A stretch of DNA of 64,000 nucleotides from Eledone cirrhosa. Its lineage: Eukaryota. Positions 63,255 through 64,000 of this stretch are shown here, one piece after another (the stretch's first letter is position 1; each line of letters starts with the position of its first letter). A model generated the notes under the pieces. That model ran no database searches and was not told the DNA's origin. It worked only from the letters and a program-made list of their open reading frames with translations. Where the stretch lies: assembly GCA_964016885.1 (NCBI GenBank), contig OZ024766.1, positions 7,564,001-7,628,000 of the forward strand, in the 5' to 3' direction. Made by a program: the position numbers and the translations under genes.

Positions 63255-63598
63255 AAAAGATGAAATCGAAAATGCAACTGGAGTCTTATTTTTTTTAAAA
63301 ATATATATATTTATTTGGTTCCTTTACCGGTTTCGCAGTTCTTCTGCTTTTCAAAAGTAGAGTTGAGATGGAGGGTCTGTGGTTTTTCTCGGTTTCGCAG
63401 TTCTTCTGCTTTTCAAAAGTAGAGTTGAGATGGAGGGTCGGTGGTTTTTCTCACATGTGAGAAAAACCACAGACCCTCCATCTCAACTCTACTTTTGAAA
63501 AGCAGAAGAACTGCGAAACCGGTAAAGGAACCAAATAAATATATATATTTTTTTAAAAAATAAGACTCCAGTTGCATTTTCGATTTCATCTTTTTTTC
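63255..63598. repeat. Long inverted repeat centred on CACATGTG (~63455)
   Basis: GATGAAATCGAAAATGCAACTGGAG.. and its reverse complement; internal duplication in the left arm. Confidence 0.85.
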
Positions 63599-63686
63599 TT
63601 TATACTTTCACTCGTGTAGGACACCTCGGTTATTTTTCATTTTGTAAAAAAAACCTCACTTTCTAATATATATATACATATATATA

Positions 63687-63751
<65 letters not shown>

Positions 63752-63887
63752 GCAGAGGTTATATTTAATTTGTTGGGATTCAACAAGCTTAAACATTTTT
63801 TATAACTGATATAAAGCACTCAACAGTTAAGTGGAGTAAATACACAATATATTAATAAATGGAAACTATATTTATAAAACCATATTT

Positions 63888-63951
63888 ATTTTATTATACA
63901 TATTTCAAGGGCGACCAAGGCAAATTATGGTGCGCTTTCATCAGATAAAAT
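63888..63951 (-). ncRNA. Hammerhead ribozyme, family C
   Basis: Reverse complement is near-identical to 33193-33256. Confidence 0.75.
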
Positions 63952-64000
63952 ACAGATTTGTTTTATAAATAAATAACTATCCAGGAAGCTTCAACCGTTA

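Overview
Eukaryotic, AT-rich, repeat-saturated DNA. It is most likely from an octopus or other coleoid cephalopod, inferred from the CEICGK-type C2H2 array, RTE/CR1/Tx1 LINE remnants, tRNA-SINEs and very long (TA)n tracts. Two host genes are supported. One is an 8-finger C2H2 zinc-finger ORF (7036-7881) followed by decayed fingers. The other is the first five coding exons of an apolipophorin/large-lipid-transfer gene (43877-62677, +), which can be spliced by eye in frame from the signal peptide onward. Most long ORFs in the track are microsatellite or minisatellite artefacts. The main hidden signal is about 20 minimal type-I hammerhead ribozyme motifs in at least six unrelated sequence families. 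They show compensatory stem-II changes and mostly palindromic stem III, and many sit in long inverted repeats typical of Penelope-like element pLTRs. Other signals are recurrent satellite birth from the same LINE/SINE sub-segments, Tx1 LINEs nested in (GATA)n, a twin-priming inversion, a Merlin-like and a piggyBac-like DNA element, and an interstitial telomeric array. All calls were made by eye without tools; boundaries of decayed repeats are approximate.
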